Position numbers and translations under genes: made by a program. Shown here piece after piece: positions 20,701-30,257 of a stretch of DNA of 64,000 bases (the stretch's first letter is position 1; each line of letters opens with the position of its first letter). The notes under the pieces are model-generated. The model had not been told where the DNA came from. It saw nothing but the letters and a program-made list of their open reading frames with translations, and did no database searches. This DNA is from an uncultured Planctomycetota bacterium (lineage in GTDB: Bacteria > Planctomycetota > Planctomycetia > Isosphaerales > Isosphaeraceae): positions 736,001 through 800,000 of the forward strand of contig CAWGMQ010000006.1 in NCBI GenBank assembly GCA_963823665.1, given 5' to 3'.

Positions 20701-22031
20701 TTTGACGACTCGATGAGGCTCTTGGGAATTTCGTCGCGGGAGACCCAGAGTATCTTGGGAAATTCCTGCTTTCGGTGCTGGCGCGCCAGGTGGTCGATCA
20801 GGCTCATGACCCGCCGGTCACCACCGCCGTATCCCAGAACGAGTACAAGTGCGCCGTCCGGGACGTACTTTTCAAATCGGCCGAGATTCTCTTTGTCGAG
20901 CGGCACATCGAGGCTGTCATCGACCCGGAGGCCGAATGTACCACCGTGCAGCTTAACGACTGATGCGGTATCGCGGAACAGGCTCGCGTCCGGAGCGGGA
21001 CCGTTGTGCGCCAGCTCGAACACGACCGGCTCGATCCCCTGATCGCGGAGCGCTTCCTCGATCTGGTTGTCGAAATTCGTGGTCAACCAGAGCTTCCAGC
21101 CGAGGCTTTCGGTTAGCAGCGCGAGAAGCTCGTGCCCCGGGGATGGTTTGCCCGGTCGATGCACGAGGCGGTCGAAGAGCGAGTCGGCAAGGGCAGGATT
21201 GCCGAGGGTCAAGATTCGCATGAGCGCGCGCCAGTCGCCGCTGAGGTTCCGAAGCGCTCTGGCTCTGAGCCGCCGCAATTCATCGAACATAGTCTGCATC
21301 AGCCCGTCGGCGTTCCTTTGGTCCTTGAGCAGCCGCCCGATCATGGCGACCTCGTCCTTTCGGAGCCCTTGGGCACTCAGGGCCGGGCCGAGCTTCTGGT
21401 CGACGTAACGATTCAAGGTCTGTGCGAATTCATCAATGATTGCGTCGACGGCTTGACCTACCGGGCATTTCGTCGGAGGGCCGTCCGTCGAGAACAGACG
21501 CATGAAAGAAGGCTGGGCGCGTCGAAGCATTCCGTGGATAGCCCAGAGTCGCACCCCGCCCAGCATGTTCCCGGCCGGCTCGGCGAAGTCGTCGCAAAAC
21601 TGCTTGGCCGCTTTCCGCGCCGATTTGACCTTCGAGAACTTCAGGGCGTCTTCAAATTCGACAAGGAGCTCGATATTGAGCTGGTTTGGCTCCGGCCAGC
21701 CGGCACGAAGAAGGTAGTCGTGGTACATCGAGGATGGCAGTTCGTCCGCCAGGAGGTTGGGCGACCAGATATCCCGCCTCCGTTGTCGGCGGAGGTACTT
21801 GATGCCGATCATCGCCTTGACGTTTGCAAAGTAATCGATCATCTGGCTGGTCATCGGAATGCCAGACTCCGCCGACAGGCCCGCGCCGATCAACGGCACG
21901 ATCGACACACCGGCGTCCTTGGCTGTCTGGATGAATCCAAATGCCTCGGCCGCGGAGACGACCTCGGGTTGGTCCGAACTCACGGATCGTGTGACCTCGG
22001 TTGGCACCTCAGTCGGCTTCGGTCTACTCAT
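17742..22031 (-). CDS. SIR2-like domain + degenerate STAND/winged helix + helical (TPR-like) repeat protein, interrupted by one in-frame TAG at 20613-20615
   Basis: VPLIGAGLSAESGIP, LTTNFD, VKLHGG, LVLGYGGGD; the junction reads HARLV*RHPTSRTSYPALPMVPP in the same frame as ORF 17742-20573; FLWMPTSVRDFLY resembles a STAND winged-helix motif. Confidence 0.75.
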
Positions 22032-22276
22032 CAGAGACTCCTCCAGGATCAAAGCGTCATCACCTCGACCGATCCACATCGAACGTTGGTCTCCTGGACC
22101 CGAGTTTGCGCGAATCTCCACCGGCCCGTGGGGAGCTGGGCTCGTCTTGGCCCCATATTGCCATCGTCCATCGGGTCAGACCGAGATTCAAGTTTATTTC
22201 AGTGGCCAGGGCGTTCACCCGGCCATTCCGATAAGAGGGGATTCTAGATGGTAAGTCACCTCGCCGTCCTTGCCTG

Positions 22277-22450
22277 TCAATAATCAAACGCCGGCACAAG
22301 CTCCCGTCCATTTCGCGAGCCGATCGCGCGCCTGCGCGAGAGGTTGATGGTGTTCTTCACGAATCGCACACTGCCATCAGCGAACAGCGTACTGACTCCG
22401 CCGGCATGTCGGCTTCTCTCAGCAACAGAGAGTGACGACGAATCGAGCGT
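22277..22450 (-). pseudogene. DUF1559 C-terminal (H-X9-DG) fragment
   Basis: SRHAGGVSTLFADGSVRFVKNTI. Confidence 0.7.
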
Positions 22451-22582
22451 GTCGATCTCCCGCGCCGGCACGGTTAATTGCGTCCAGGCCACGGTCTTCG
22501 GCTGATCTCCCGCACGAGCGCTGGTAAGATATCCCCGTCGGCCAAGGGCACTCAGCGTAGCGGGGCGAAGCGATCAGCGAGC

Positions 22583-25500
22583 ATGGGTGCAAGCGAAGAG
22601 TTGGAAAGCACGCGGAAGCATGGTTTTGACTCGGACGAGTCTCCGGGAGACGTTACGTCCATCGGCAGCGACGTGGCTGCTGCGCTGCCGCGGGAGCACA
22701 TTGGCCGTTATCGCATTGAAAAGGTCTTGGGCGAAGGCGGGTTTGGCCTCGTCTATCTGGCGCATGATGACCAGTTGAGCCGCCGGGTCGCGATCAAGGT
22801 TCCCCATCGCAATCTGGTGAATCGCCCCGAGGACGCCGTGCCGTATCTGATCGAGGCCCGCACCGTCGCGAGTCTCGATCATCCCAATATCGTGCCGGTC
22901 TACGACGTCGGCAGCAGCGAGGACTGTCCGTGCTTCATCGTCTCCAAGTACATCGACGGCACAGATCTTGCCGCAAGGCTCAAGCAGTCACCGCTGGGCC
23001 TGCACCAGGCAATCGATCTGGTGGCGACGATTGCCGATGCGCTGCACCACGCTCACCGCAAGGGACTTGTTCACCGCGACATCAAGCCGGGGAACATCCT
23101 GCTTGATTCAAGCGGCAAGCCGTTCGTTGCGGACTTCGGGTTGGCGCTCCAGGAAGCGATGGTCGGCCACGGCCCGAATTATGCTGGCACGCCTGTTTAT
23201 ATGAGTCCCGAGCAGGCCCGGGGCGAAGGGCATCGTGTTGACGGACGATCAGACATCTTCAGTCTTGGGGTGGTCTTGTACGAGCTGCTCACGCTCAGGC
23301 GCCCGTTCAAGGGGGAAACGAAGGACGAGATCTTTGAGCAAATCGTGAGCTACGAGCCGCGTCCATTGCGCCAGTACGAAGACGCGATACCGGTTGAGCT
23401 GGAACGGATCTGCCTCAAATCGCTTTCAAAGCGAGCCGCGGAACGTTACACCGCGGCCAAGGATCTCGCTGACGAGCTGCGGCACTTCCTCGCCCAGGAG
23501 CCCAGGGCGGCGCCTTCGGCTCTTGGCCCACCCGCGGTCACCACGGCCGAAGGACCGCAGTCGCCGTCGGCGGGCTCGCACGCATCCGCCAGATCCACCA
23601 CGCCGACTTCCGACGGCAAGCCGATCAAGATCGTGCCCAAAGGCTTGCGGGCGTTCGACGCCTACGACGCCGACTTCTTCCTCGAGCTCCTGCCGGGCCC
23701 ACGCGACCGTGACGGGCTGCCAGACGGCATCCGGTTCTGGAAAACGCGCATCGAAGAAATGGATTCGGATAGCACGTTTTCGGTCGGGCTTATCTGCGGC
23801 CCCTCGGGATGCGGGAAATCGTCGCTGGTGAAGGCGGGCTTGCTTCCTCGCCTTGCGGAGAACGTGATTGCGGTCTACGTCGAAGCCACGGGCAACGACA
23901 CGGAGACCCGGCTGTTAAGTGGCCTGAGGAAGCGCTGTCCGTCTCTGCGCGAGAACCTCGGTTTGAAGGATTCGCTCGCATCGTTGCGTCAGGGCCAGGG
24001 CATTCCGCCCTCGAAGAAGGTGCTGATTGTTCTGGACCAGTTTGAGCAATGGCTCCATTCGAATCAGGACGTGGAGAACACCGAGCTCGTGCAGTCTCTG
24101 CGTCAATGCGACGGTGGGCGAGTTCAGTGCATGGTCATGGTGCGCGATGACTTCTGGATGGGCGTGATCCGCTTCATGAGGGCGCTCGAAGTTCGCCTCG
24201 TCGACGGAGAGAATACCGCGGCGATTGATCTGTTCCCGACCCGGCACGCGCAGCGCGTCCTGGCTGCGCTCGGCCGCGCGTTCGGCGCTCTACCGGAGGG
24301 TGTTGCCTCCGTCGGCAAGGAACAGACGGAGTTCTTGAGGCAGGCCGTCTCCGAGCTGGCGCAGGACGGCAAGGTGATCTGCGTTCGGCTGGCGCTGTTC
24401 GCCGAAATGATGAAAGCCAAATCCTGGACGCTCGCCACATTGAAAGAAGTTGGCGGCACGAAAGGCGTTGGCGAAGCGTTTCTCGAGGAGACGTTCAGCG
24501 CGCCTTCGGCTCCTCCGCAGCACCGCTATCATCAGAAAGCGGCGCGAAACGTGCTCAGGGCTCTCTTGCCCGAATCTGGCACGGATATCAAGGGGCACAT
24601 GCGGTCTTTTTCGGAATTGCTGGACGCGTCGGGCTATAGAAGCCGCCCGAAGGAATTCGATGAGCTGATCCGCACACTCGACAGCGAGGTCCGCCTCATC
24701 ACACCGACCGACCCCGAGGGCAAAGAAGAGACTGCTCTGTCTCGTCAAAGCGGTGACGAGCGATATTACCAACTAACGCATGACTACCTCGTTCACTCCC
24801 TGCGGGACTGGTTGACCCGCAAACAAAAGGAGACGCGCCGCGGCCGCGCGGAATTGCTGCTTGCCGACCGCGCATCGATTTGGAATGCACGCGCCGAGAA
24901 CCGGCAACTTCCGTCGCTCTGGCAATGGATGCAGGTTTGCTCGCTCACCGATCGGAAGAAGTGGACGGCGCCAGAGCGGAAGATGATGGCAAAGGCGGGC
25001 AGTTATCACACTTCGCTCGCCCTGGCTGCTGGCGTGCTGATGGTCGTCGCCTTGGCCGCGGGTTTGGCGATCCAGCGACAAATCGCTGAACAGCGGAAGG
25101 CGTCACAGGCCGTCGCGTTCGTGAAGCGGCTGCTGGATGCGGAAACCGGTCAAGTACCAGGCATCATCGCCGAGATGGCCGCGTATCGAAAGTGGACTGA
25201 TCCACTCTTGCGCGGGGCGATCGACAAGCCGGCGGCCAGCTCCCGCGACAAGCTCCACGCCAGTCTCGCCCTCTTGCCGATGGATTCGACGCAGGTAGCT
25301 TATCTTTACGGCCGGCTACTCGACGCCGAGCCGAACAAAGTGTCGGTGATCCGCGACGCACTTGCGCGGCACAAGTCCGAGTTGCTGGACAAGCTCTGGA
25401 CGGTCGCGGCGCGACCGGAAAAGGGTCATGAAACACAACGGCTGCGGGCGGCCGGCGCGCTGGCAAAATATGACCCGGAGGGGCCCAGGTGGCCACTGAT

Positions 25501-27106
25501 CGCGGCGAATGTCGCCCATGACATGGTGCGGGTGCCTCCGGTCTACCTGGCCTTGTGGATGGATCTGCTCGAGCCAGTCCGCACCAGGCTCCTCGGTCCC
25601 TTGTCAGTAATTTATCTAGACATCGACGGGCCAGAGACGGAGCGGTCGTTGGCGACCGACATTCTGGCTGAGTACGCCGGCGATCAACCGAGCCTGCTTG
25701 CCGATCTGCTGATGGACGCCAACCTGAAGCAGTTCCCTGTGATCTACGACAGATTCAGAGACCAGGGCGCGGCAGGCCTGCCCGTTCTGAGCGGCGAGCT
25801 CGACAAGAAACCGTCGTCGGGCTCGAACGGTGCGAGCAAGGAGAAGCTGGCGAAACGGCAGGCGAACGCGGCGGTGGCGTTGTTGCGGATGGACGTGCCA
25901 CAGAAGGTCTGGCCGCTCCTGGCGCACAGCTCCGACCCGAGTGTGCGGAGCTATCTGATTCATCGCCTCGGCCCGCTGCACGCCGACCCGCAGGCGATCG
26001 TCAAGCGGCTGGAGGAGGAGCCGGAGGCATCGATCCGCCGGGCCTTGATCTTGAGCCTGGGTGAATACGGCGAAGCCGACTTTGCGGTCGAGGATCGCGC
26101 GGCCCTCCTACCGACGTTGCAACAAATCGATCAGACCGCCACCGATCCCGGTCTACATGCGGCGGCGGAGTGGCTGCTGCGCAAGTGGCAGCAGACGGCG
26201 TGGCTGGCCCAGGTGAACGACAACTGGGCGAAGAGCAACGATCTGCGCGAGAAGCGGCTGAAGGACATCAAGCAGTCACTGTCGCTGCACAAAGAAAAGT
26301 CCGCGCCGCAGTGGTACGTGAGCGGTCAGGGACAGACCATGGTGGTCATACCCGGGCCACTCGAGTTTCTCATGGGGTCGCCAGTGATCGACCTCGACCG
26401 GTCCAAAGACGAGCAACAGCATCGCAGGCGCATCGGCCGCACGTTTGCCCTTTCCGCCAAGCCGGTGACGCTGGAGCAGTATCGGCAATTCCAGAAGGAC
26501 TACGACCAGAGTGCGCTCTTAAGCGGTATCGCCGAGCTGCCGGTCAGGCGCATGACGTGGTACATGGCCGCGACGTACTGCAACTGGCTCAGCATGAAAG
26601 AGGGGATTCCCGGAGAAGAGTGGTGTTACGAAATCAAGGGCGAGGCCGCCAAACTCCGGCCAAAATACTTGAGTCTCACCGGTTATCGCTTGCCCACGGA
26701 GCCGGAGATGGAATACGCGATTCGTGCGGGCGCGGCAACCAGCCGCTACTACGGGGATGCGGAAGAGCTGCTGACCGAATACGTGTGGTACCAGAAGAAC
26801 TCTCAGGATCACACCTGGCCCGTCGGGCTTCTGAAGCCGAACGATCTGGGTTTCTTCGACATTGTCGGCAACGTGTACACCTGGTGTTCCGGAGACCTCC
26901 AGGGATTATGCCGTCGAACAAGCCGTGCGCCAGTCGAGGACGAGGAAGATGGCCCAGACGTGATCAGCACGGTCAAGCGTGCGCGGCGCGGCTGCTCGTA
27001 CACGCGCATGGCGCCAGAGACTCGCTCAGCCTTCCGCAACGACCAGGAGCCGACGAATCGAAACGGCGGCAACGGAATGCGGCTGGCGAGGACTCTGGTG
27101 CCCTAG
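22583..27106 (+). CDS. Ser/Thr protein kinase + nSTAND-type NTPase + FGE-sulfatase (SUMF1) domain protein
   Basis: LGEGGFG, VAIK, HRDIKPGN, DFG, YMSPEQ; GPSGCGKSS and LDQFEQ; TM segment; FLMGSP, YRLPTEPEMEYA, KPNDLGFFDIVGNV. Confidence 0.92.
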   Translation: MGASEELESTRKHGFDSDESPGDVTSIGSDVAAALPREHIGRYRIEKVLGEGGFGLVYLAHDDQLSRRVAIKVPHRNLVNRPEDAVPYLIEARTVASLDHPNIVPVYDVGSSEDCPCFIVSKYIDGTDLAARLKQSPLGLHQAIDLVATIADALHHAHRKGLVHRDIKPGNILLDSSGKPFVADFGLALQEAMVGHGPNYAGTPVYMSPEQARGEGHRVDGRSDIFSLGVVLYELLTLRRPFKGETKDEIFEQIVSYEPRPLRQYEDAIPVELERICLKSLSKRAAERYTAAKDLADELRHFLAQEPRAAPSALGPPAVTTAEGPQSPSAGSHASARSTTPTSDGKPIKIVPKGLRAFDAYDADFFLELLPGPRDRDGLPDGIRFWKTRIEEMDSDSTFSVGLICGPSGCGKSSLVKAGLLPRLAENVIAVYVEATGNDTETRLLSGLRKRCPSLRENLGLKDSLASLRQGQGIPPSKKVLIVLDQFEQWLHSNQDVENTELVQSLRQCDGGRVQCMVMVRDDFWMGVIRFMRALEVRLVDGENTAAIDLFPTRHAQRVLAALGRAFGALPEGVASVGKEQTEFLRQAVSELAQDGKVICVRLALFAEMMKAKSWTLATLKEVGGTKGVGEAFLEETFSAPSAPPQHRYHQKAARNVLRALLPESGTDIKGHMRSFSELLDASGYRSRPKEFDELIRTLDSEVRLITPTDPEGKEETALSRQSGDERYYQLTHDYLVHSLRDWLTRKQKETRRGRAELLLADRASIWNARAENRQLPSLWQWMQVCSLTDRKKWTAPERKMMAKAGSYHTSLALAAGVLMVVALAAGLAIQRQIAEQRKASQAVAFVKRLLDAETGQVPGIIAEMAAYRKWTDPLLRGAIDKPAASSRDKLHASLALLPMDSTQVAYLYGRLLDAEPNKVSVIRDALARHKSELLDKLWTVAARPEKGHETQRLRAAGALAKYDPEGPRWPLIAANVAHDMVRVPPVYLALWMDLLEPVRTRLLGPLSVIYLDIDGPETERSLATDILAEYAGDQPSLLADLLMDANLKQFPVIYDRFRDQGAAGLPVLSGELDKKPSSGSNGASKEKLAKRQANAAVALLRMDVPQKVWPLLAHSSDPSVRSYLIHRLGPLHADPQAIVKRLEEEPEASIRRALILSLGEYGEADFAVEDRAALLPTLQQIDQTATDPGLHAAAEWLLRKWQQTAWLAQVNDNWAKSNDLREKRLKDIKQSLSLHKEKSAPQWYVSGQGQTMVVIPGPLEFLMGSPVIDLDRSKDEQQHRRRIGRTFALSAKPVTLEQYRQFQKDYDQSALLSGIAELPVRRMTWYMAATYCNWLSMKEGIPGEEWCYEIKGEAAKLRPKYLSLTGYRLPTEPEMEYAIRAGAATSRYYGDAEELLTEYVWYQKNSQDHTWPVGLLKPNDLGFFDIVGNVYTWCSGDLQGLCRRTSRAPVEDEEDGPDVISTVKRARRGCSYTRMAPETRSAFRNDQEPTNRNGGNGMRLARTLVP

Positions 27107-27218
27107 CCATTGCGCATCATGTAGGTCAGGCTTTAGCCTGACTCTCGCCTCCAGTGCCGCTCTTCTCGCGCAATTCTCGATGCCGCTGCACCAAGCTCCG
27201 CGCGTCGCCGCCAATCGA

Positions 27219-28211
27219 TCACCCAGACCTCGCCAGCACTCTCTCGCGGTTCTCCGCCGTGCGGCCGCGCGGTCGAGGGAGAGGGACGGGAGCTTGCTGG
27301 AACAGATCCGCAGGTAAGAACGACGCACACCCGACCAGCATGATCAGCCCGAATGTCCACATTCCCAGGCAGGCGCCAATGCCGACATGCAGCACCAGGG
27401 CTCCAGCCAGCACCAGCGGCCTGAAGCGCTTCTGCCAGATGAACACGCAGAACGAGATTTCCCACAAGATCGAGACATGCGACATCGCGTTGACGACCCG
27501 CGGATGCCACGCTAGCCAGGTCATGTCGAGAGACTGGTACTCGAGATTGGCAAACGCCCGCCACATCGCCTCGCCGTCCCACCAGGAGGGGCCCTGCAGC
27601 TTGGAGACGCCCGCAAAGAAATAGATAACGCACATATGCACCTGGATCAACCGGATGGCGAGATTGGCGCCCGCCGAGGCCGCGGCGGGGGCGGTCGAGC
27701 CGGACCGCTTTCGTGCGAGCCATCGGTCTAGAGAGAAGGCTGCACCGCTGGGGCCGATCGCCAGGTACAGGTTCAGCATGATGTTGATCTGGTCGAGGCC
27801 AAACAGCGCGGCCGGAACTCGATTGGCATACGACACCGCGGCCAGAAGCGAGAGAATCGAGGTGACGCGAGTGAACAGGCCGAGTGTGAAGAGAACGAAC
27901 ACCACCATCGAAAGGGCGTAGGCGGCCCAGATCCAGCCATCCGGCACGAGGTACCAGAATGAGTAGTGGTACTGGTTTTCGTGCATGCGTCGCACGAGCG
28001 CCGGGCTCAGCCAGCCAGTCGAGCTGAAGAATTCGCGAAGCGCCAGGCCCCAGACCGCATGAGTGTAAACCAGCATGAGGCCGGTCATGATCCGGATCAC
28101 GCCGAGGAGCGCCGGATTGGCCGGCGTGTACCAGAACTTGTTCCAGTCGGCAGCCACCGACTGTGCCGTCTGGGTGAAATAACGGGCCGCGAGTCTCAGT
28201 GGACCTTGCAT
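27219..28211 (-). CDS. HTTM-domain membrane protein (SdpB / vitamin K-dependent carboxylase-like)
   Basis: Multiple TM helices; LGLFTR, GLDQI, FSLDRW, IYFFAGVSKLQGPSWWDG, LHVGIG. Confidence 0.85.
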   Translation of the reverse strand: MQGPLRLAARYFTQTAQSVAADWNKFWYTPANPALLGVIRIMTGLMLVYTHAVWGLALREFFSSTGWLSPALVRRMHENQYHYSFWYLVPDGWIWAAYALSMVVFVLFTLGLFTRVTSILSLLAAVSYANRVPAALFGLDQINIMLNLYLAIGPSGAAFSLDRWLARKRSGSTAPAAASAGANLAIRLIQVHMCVIYFFAGVSKLQGPSWWDGEAMWRAFANLEYQSLDMTWLAWHPRVVNAMSHVSILWEISFCVFIWQKRFRPLVLAGALVLHVGIGACLGMWTFGLIMLVGCASFLPADLFQQAPVPLPRPRGRTAENRERVLARSG

Positions 28212-28834
28212 TTGAAGACCTTTATCGTCTCGCTTCGATAACTCGCCGGATCGGTTAATTTCATGCCGTTCTGAACATCTTCCCGTGTCGGCAGTCCATG
28301 GCGGTGCCCGGTCAGGGTGACTTGCACCGCATGATATTCGTGGCAAAGATGTTCGGCGTAGGAGTCGAGCCAGGCTTGCTGGATCTCTTCGGGCGTATCG
28401 CGCAGCGTGTCCGCAAGGTGCTCGGTCAGCATGAAGTGGCGATGATAGAGGAGGCGCGGCGGGGTCTTACGAGTGGGCATGTAGCCGGTTGCGACTGTTC
28501 CATCGGCTCGCTCGGCCTCGAAGGAGACGAGAAAGCTCTCACTCGGCTCTGGTGCGAAGAAGTGATACCCGTGGTTCAGGTAGACGAGGTCGAGGTATGG
28601 GTGAAAAACATTCCAGGCTGACAGGATCAGCTCGGAAGTGGGCGCGACCGAAGCGGGTGCAATGACGATGGCCGCGAGATGAAAGACCAGCCAGCAATTA
28701 ACGGCCCACCGAAGCACCTTCCAGCGGGTGCCCTGGCGAGCCGTCGGGGTTTCGGTCTGTCCCGCAGGAGCGCTTGACCGAGAGCTCACGTCGGGATCTC
28801 CCACCTTGGATCGATCGGACTGCTGGACCCTCAT
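28196..28834 (-). CDS. SdpA/DUF5819-like membrane-anchored protein
   Basis: One TM segment (WLVFHLAAIVIAP), then PY...YLNHGYHFFAPEP resembling the QxWxxFAPxP motif; overlaps the HTTM gene start. Confidence 0.6.
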   Translation of the reverse strand: MRVQQSDRSKVGDPDVSSRSSAPAGQTETPTARQGTRWKVLRWAVNCWLVFHLAAIVIAPASVAPTSELILSAWNVFHPYLDLVYLNHGYHFFAPEPSESFLVSFEAERADGTVATGYMPTRKTPPRLLYHRHFMLTEHLADTLRDTPEEIQQAWLDSYAEHLCHEYHAVQVTLTGHRHGLPTREDVQNGMKLTDPASYRSETIKVFKCKVH

Positions 28835-28934
28835 CGGGTCAGAGGGCTCCCTCCGTTTTCCCGCGAGGACGATTGCACAAGTATAACTCACACCCGCCAG
28901 GGAGCGGCCCGGCGGGTGTGAAATCACACTTAAC

Positions 28935-29744
28935 TTAATTGCTGGCGACCGTCGTGGCCGGTTCCTGGCCTTCGAAGGCAACCGCGACGAACGCTTCCTG
29001 GCCGGTGGTGACGGTCGTCTGGGCCGTCTTGGTCAGGGTTTTGCCGTCACGAACGACCTCAACCTTGACGGTGTAGAGGTGCGTTTCGCCGGCCTGGATG
29101 GCCGGGGTGACGAAACGGCGCTGCGTCCCTTCGACCGTCATCAGTTGATCCTGGAGATACAGCTTGGCGTCAGCAGGAACATTGATGTTCAGGTACGCGA
29201 CGCCGGTGTTGGCCGGTGCGGCAACCGCAGGCGCTGCATTCTGACTCATGTAGACCTGGCTGCTGGGGTAGCTGACGGCCGCGTAGCCGCCGGCCGATCC
29301 GCCGCCTGACCCACCACTCGACCCGCCGCCGCTCGACCCGTGCGAGAAGAGCTTATGGCCGCCGCCACTCGACCCGCCGCCGCTCGACCCGTGCGAGAAG
29401 AGCTTGTGGCCGCCGCCGGACGACCCGCCACCGCTCGACCCGTGCGAGAAGAGCTTATGGCCGCCGCCACTCGACCCGCCACCGCTCGATCCGTGAGAAA
29501 AGAGCTTGTGGCCGCCGCCTGACGACCCACCACCGCTCGATCCGTGAGAAAAGAGCTTGTGGCCGCCGCCTGACGACCCACCACCGCTCGATCCGTGAGA
29601 AAACAGCTTGTGGCCGCCGCCGGAGGAGCCGCCGCTCGATCCGCCGCTCGAACCGGAGCCGGCCGACGCCGAGCTGGTCACGGCGAAGGTCAATGCCAGG
29701 GCACCCAGGGAGCCCGCGAATGTCGACCAACGAGAACGATTCAT
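28935..29744 (-). CDS. Secreted protein: signal peptide + 6 x 17-aa HKLFSH-(G/S) repeats + TIGR03000-like C-terminal domain
   Basis: MNRSRW...SSASA signal; six HKLFSH(G/S) repeats; VPADAKLY...G..RRFVTP.I..G..Y.VKVEVVRDG. Confidence 0.85.
   Translation of the reverse strand: MNRSRWSTFAGSLGALALTFAVTSSASAGSGSSGGSSGGSSGGGHKLFSHGSSGGGSSGGGHKLFSHGSSGGGSSGGGHKLFSHGSSGGGSSGGGHKLFSHGSSGGGSSGGGHKLFSHGSSGGGSSGGGHKLFSHGSSGGGSSGGSGGGSAGGYAAVSYPSSQVYMSQNAAPAVAAPANTGVAYLNINVPADAKLYLQDQLMTVEGTQRRFVTPAIQAGETHLYTVKVEVVRDGKTLTKTAQTTVTTGQEAFVAVAFEGQEPATTVASN
29310..29620 (-). repeat. Coding tandem repeat, 6 x 51 bp
   Basis: Units recur at 29340, 29391, 29442, 29493, 29544 and 29595 with synonymous differences. 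Confidence 0.95.
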
Positions 29745-30080
29745 TGTGAAAACCTCGATTGTTGCAAGTCGCGACTTGTGAAACAAAACACCAATCCGAG
29801 AAACTACTGCCGATGCTGCTGCAACCCAGAGCCCTTCACCTTCCGGGACGCCGTTCCGAGCGGGATAGACAACGCGTGACCGTGCCCCCACAATGCGCGC
29901 GGCGAGCACCTCAAACAAGGCGCCACCACCAGCCATTCCGTGAAGCAAGAAACACGTGCGATCTTCGGCGTCGGAAGGGGGAACCCAAGCGGTGCAAAAA
30001 GTGAGACCTGATTCGGGGTTCGTGAAGCTGGCTTCTTCTTGCACGTTAATATAAGGGCTCTATGAATGCTACTCTGACTG

Positions 30081-30109
30081 AGAATACTGGGTATTTTGCA
30101 GTAAGTCAA
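30081..30109 (-). promoter_or_regulatory. Putative sigma70-type promoter for the repeat-protein operon
   Basis: TTGACT-N17-TATTCT on the minus strand within an AT-rich intergenic stretch. Confidence 0.5.
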
Positions 30110-30257
30110 ACGATTAACTGAACTTTGACATCGATTTGGCGGGGTAAGTCGCGTGCTCTTCCGGATAATCGGTAAGATCAGAAAAACCTGTTATTCGGGG
30201 CCTCCTCATCAGGGAGGTACTTAATGGTCAAAACGACTGAAATATCGGGTGAAATTG

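Noticed and set aside
29310..29620. Regular repeats resembling a CRISPR array
   Set aside because: There are no unique spacers, the units are in-frame 51-nt coding repeats with silent variation, and no cas genes are present.
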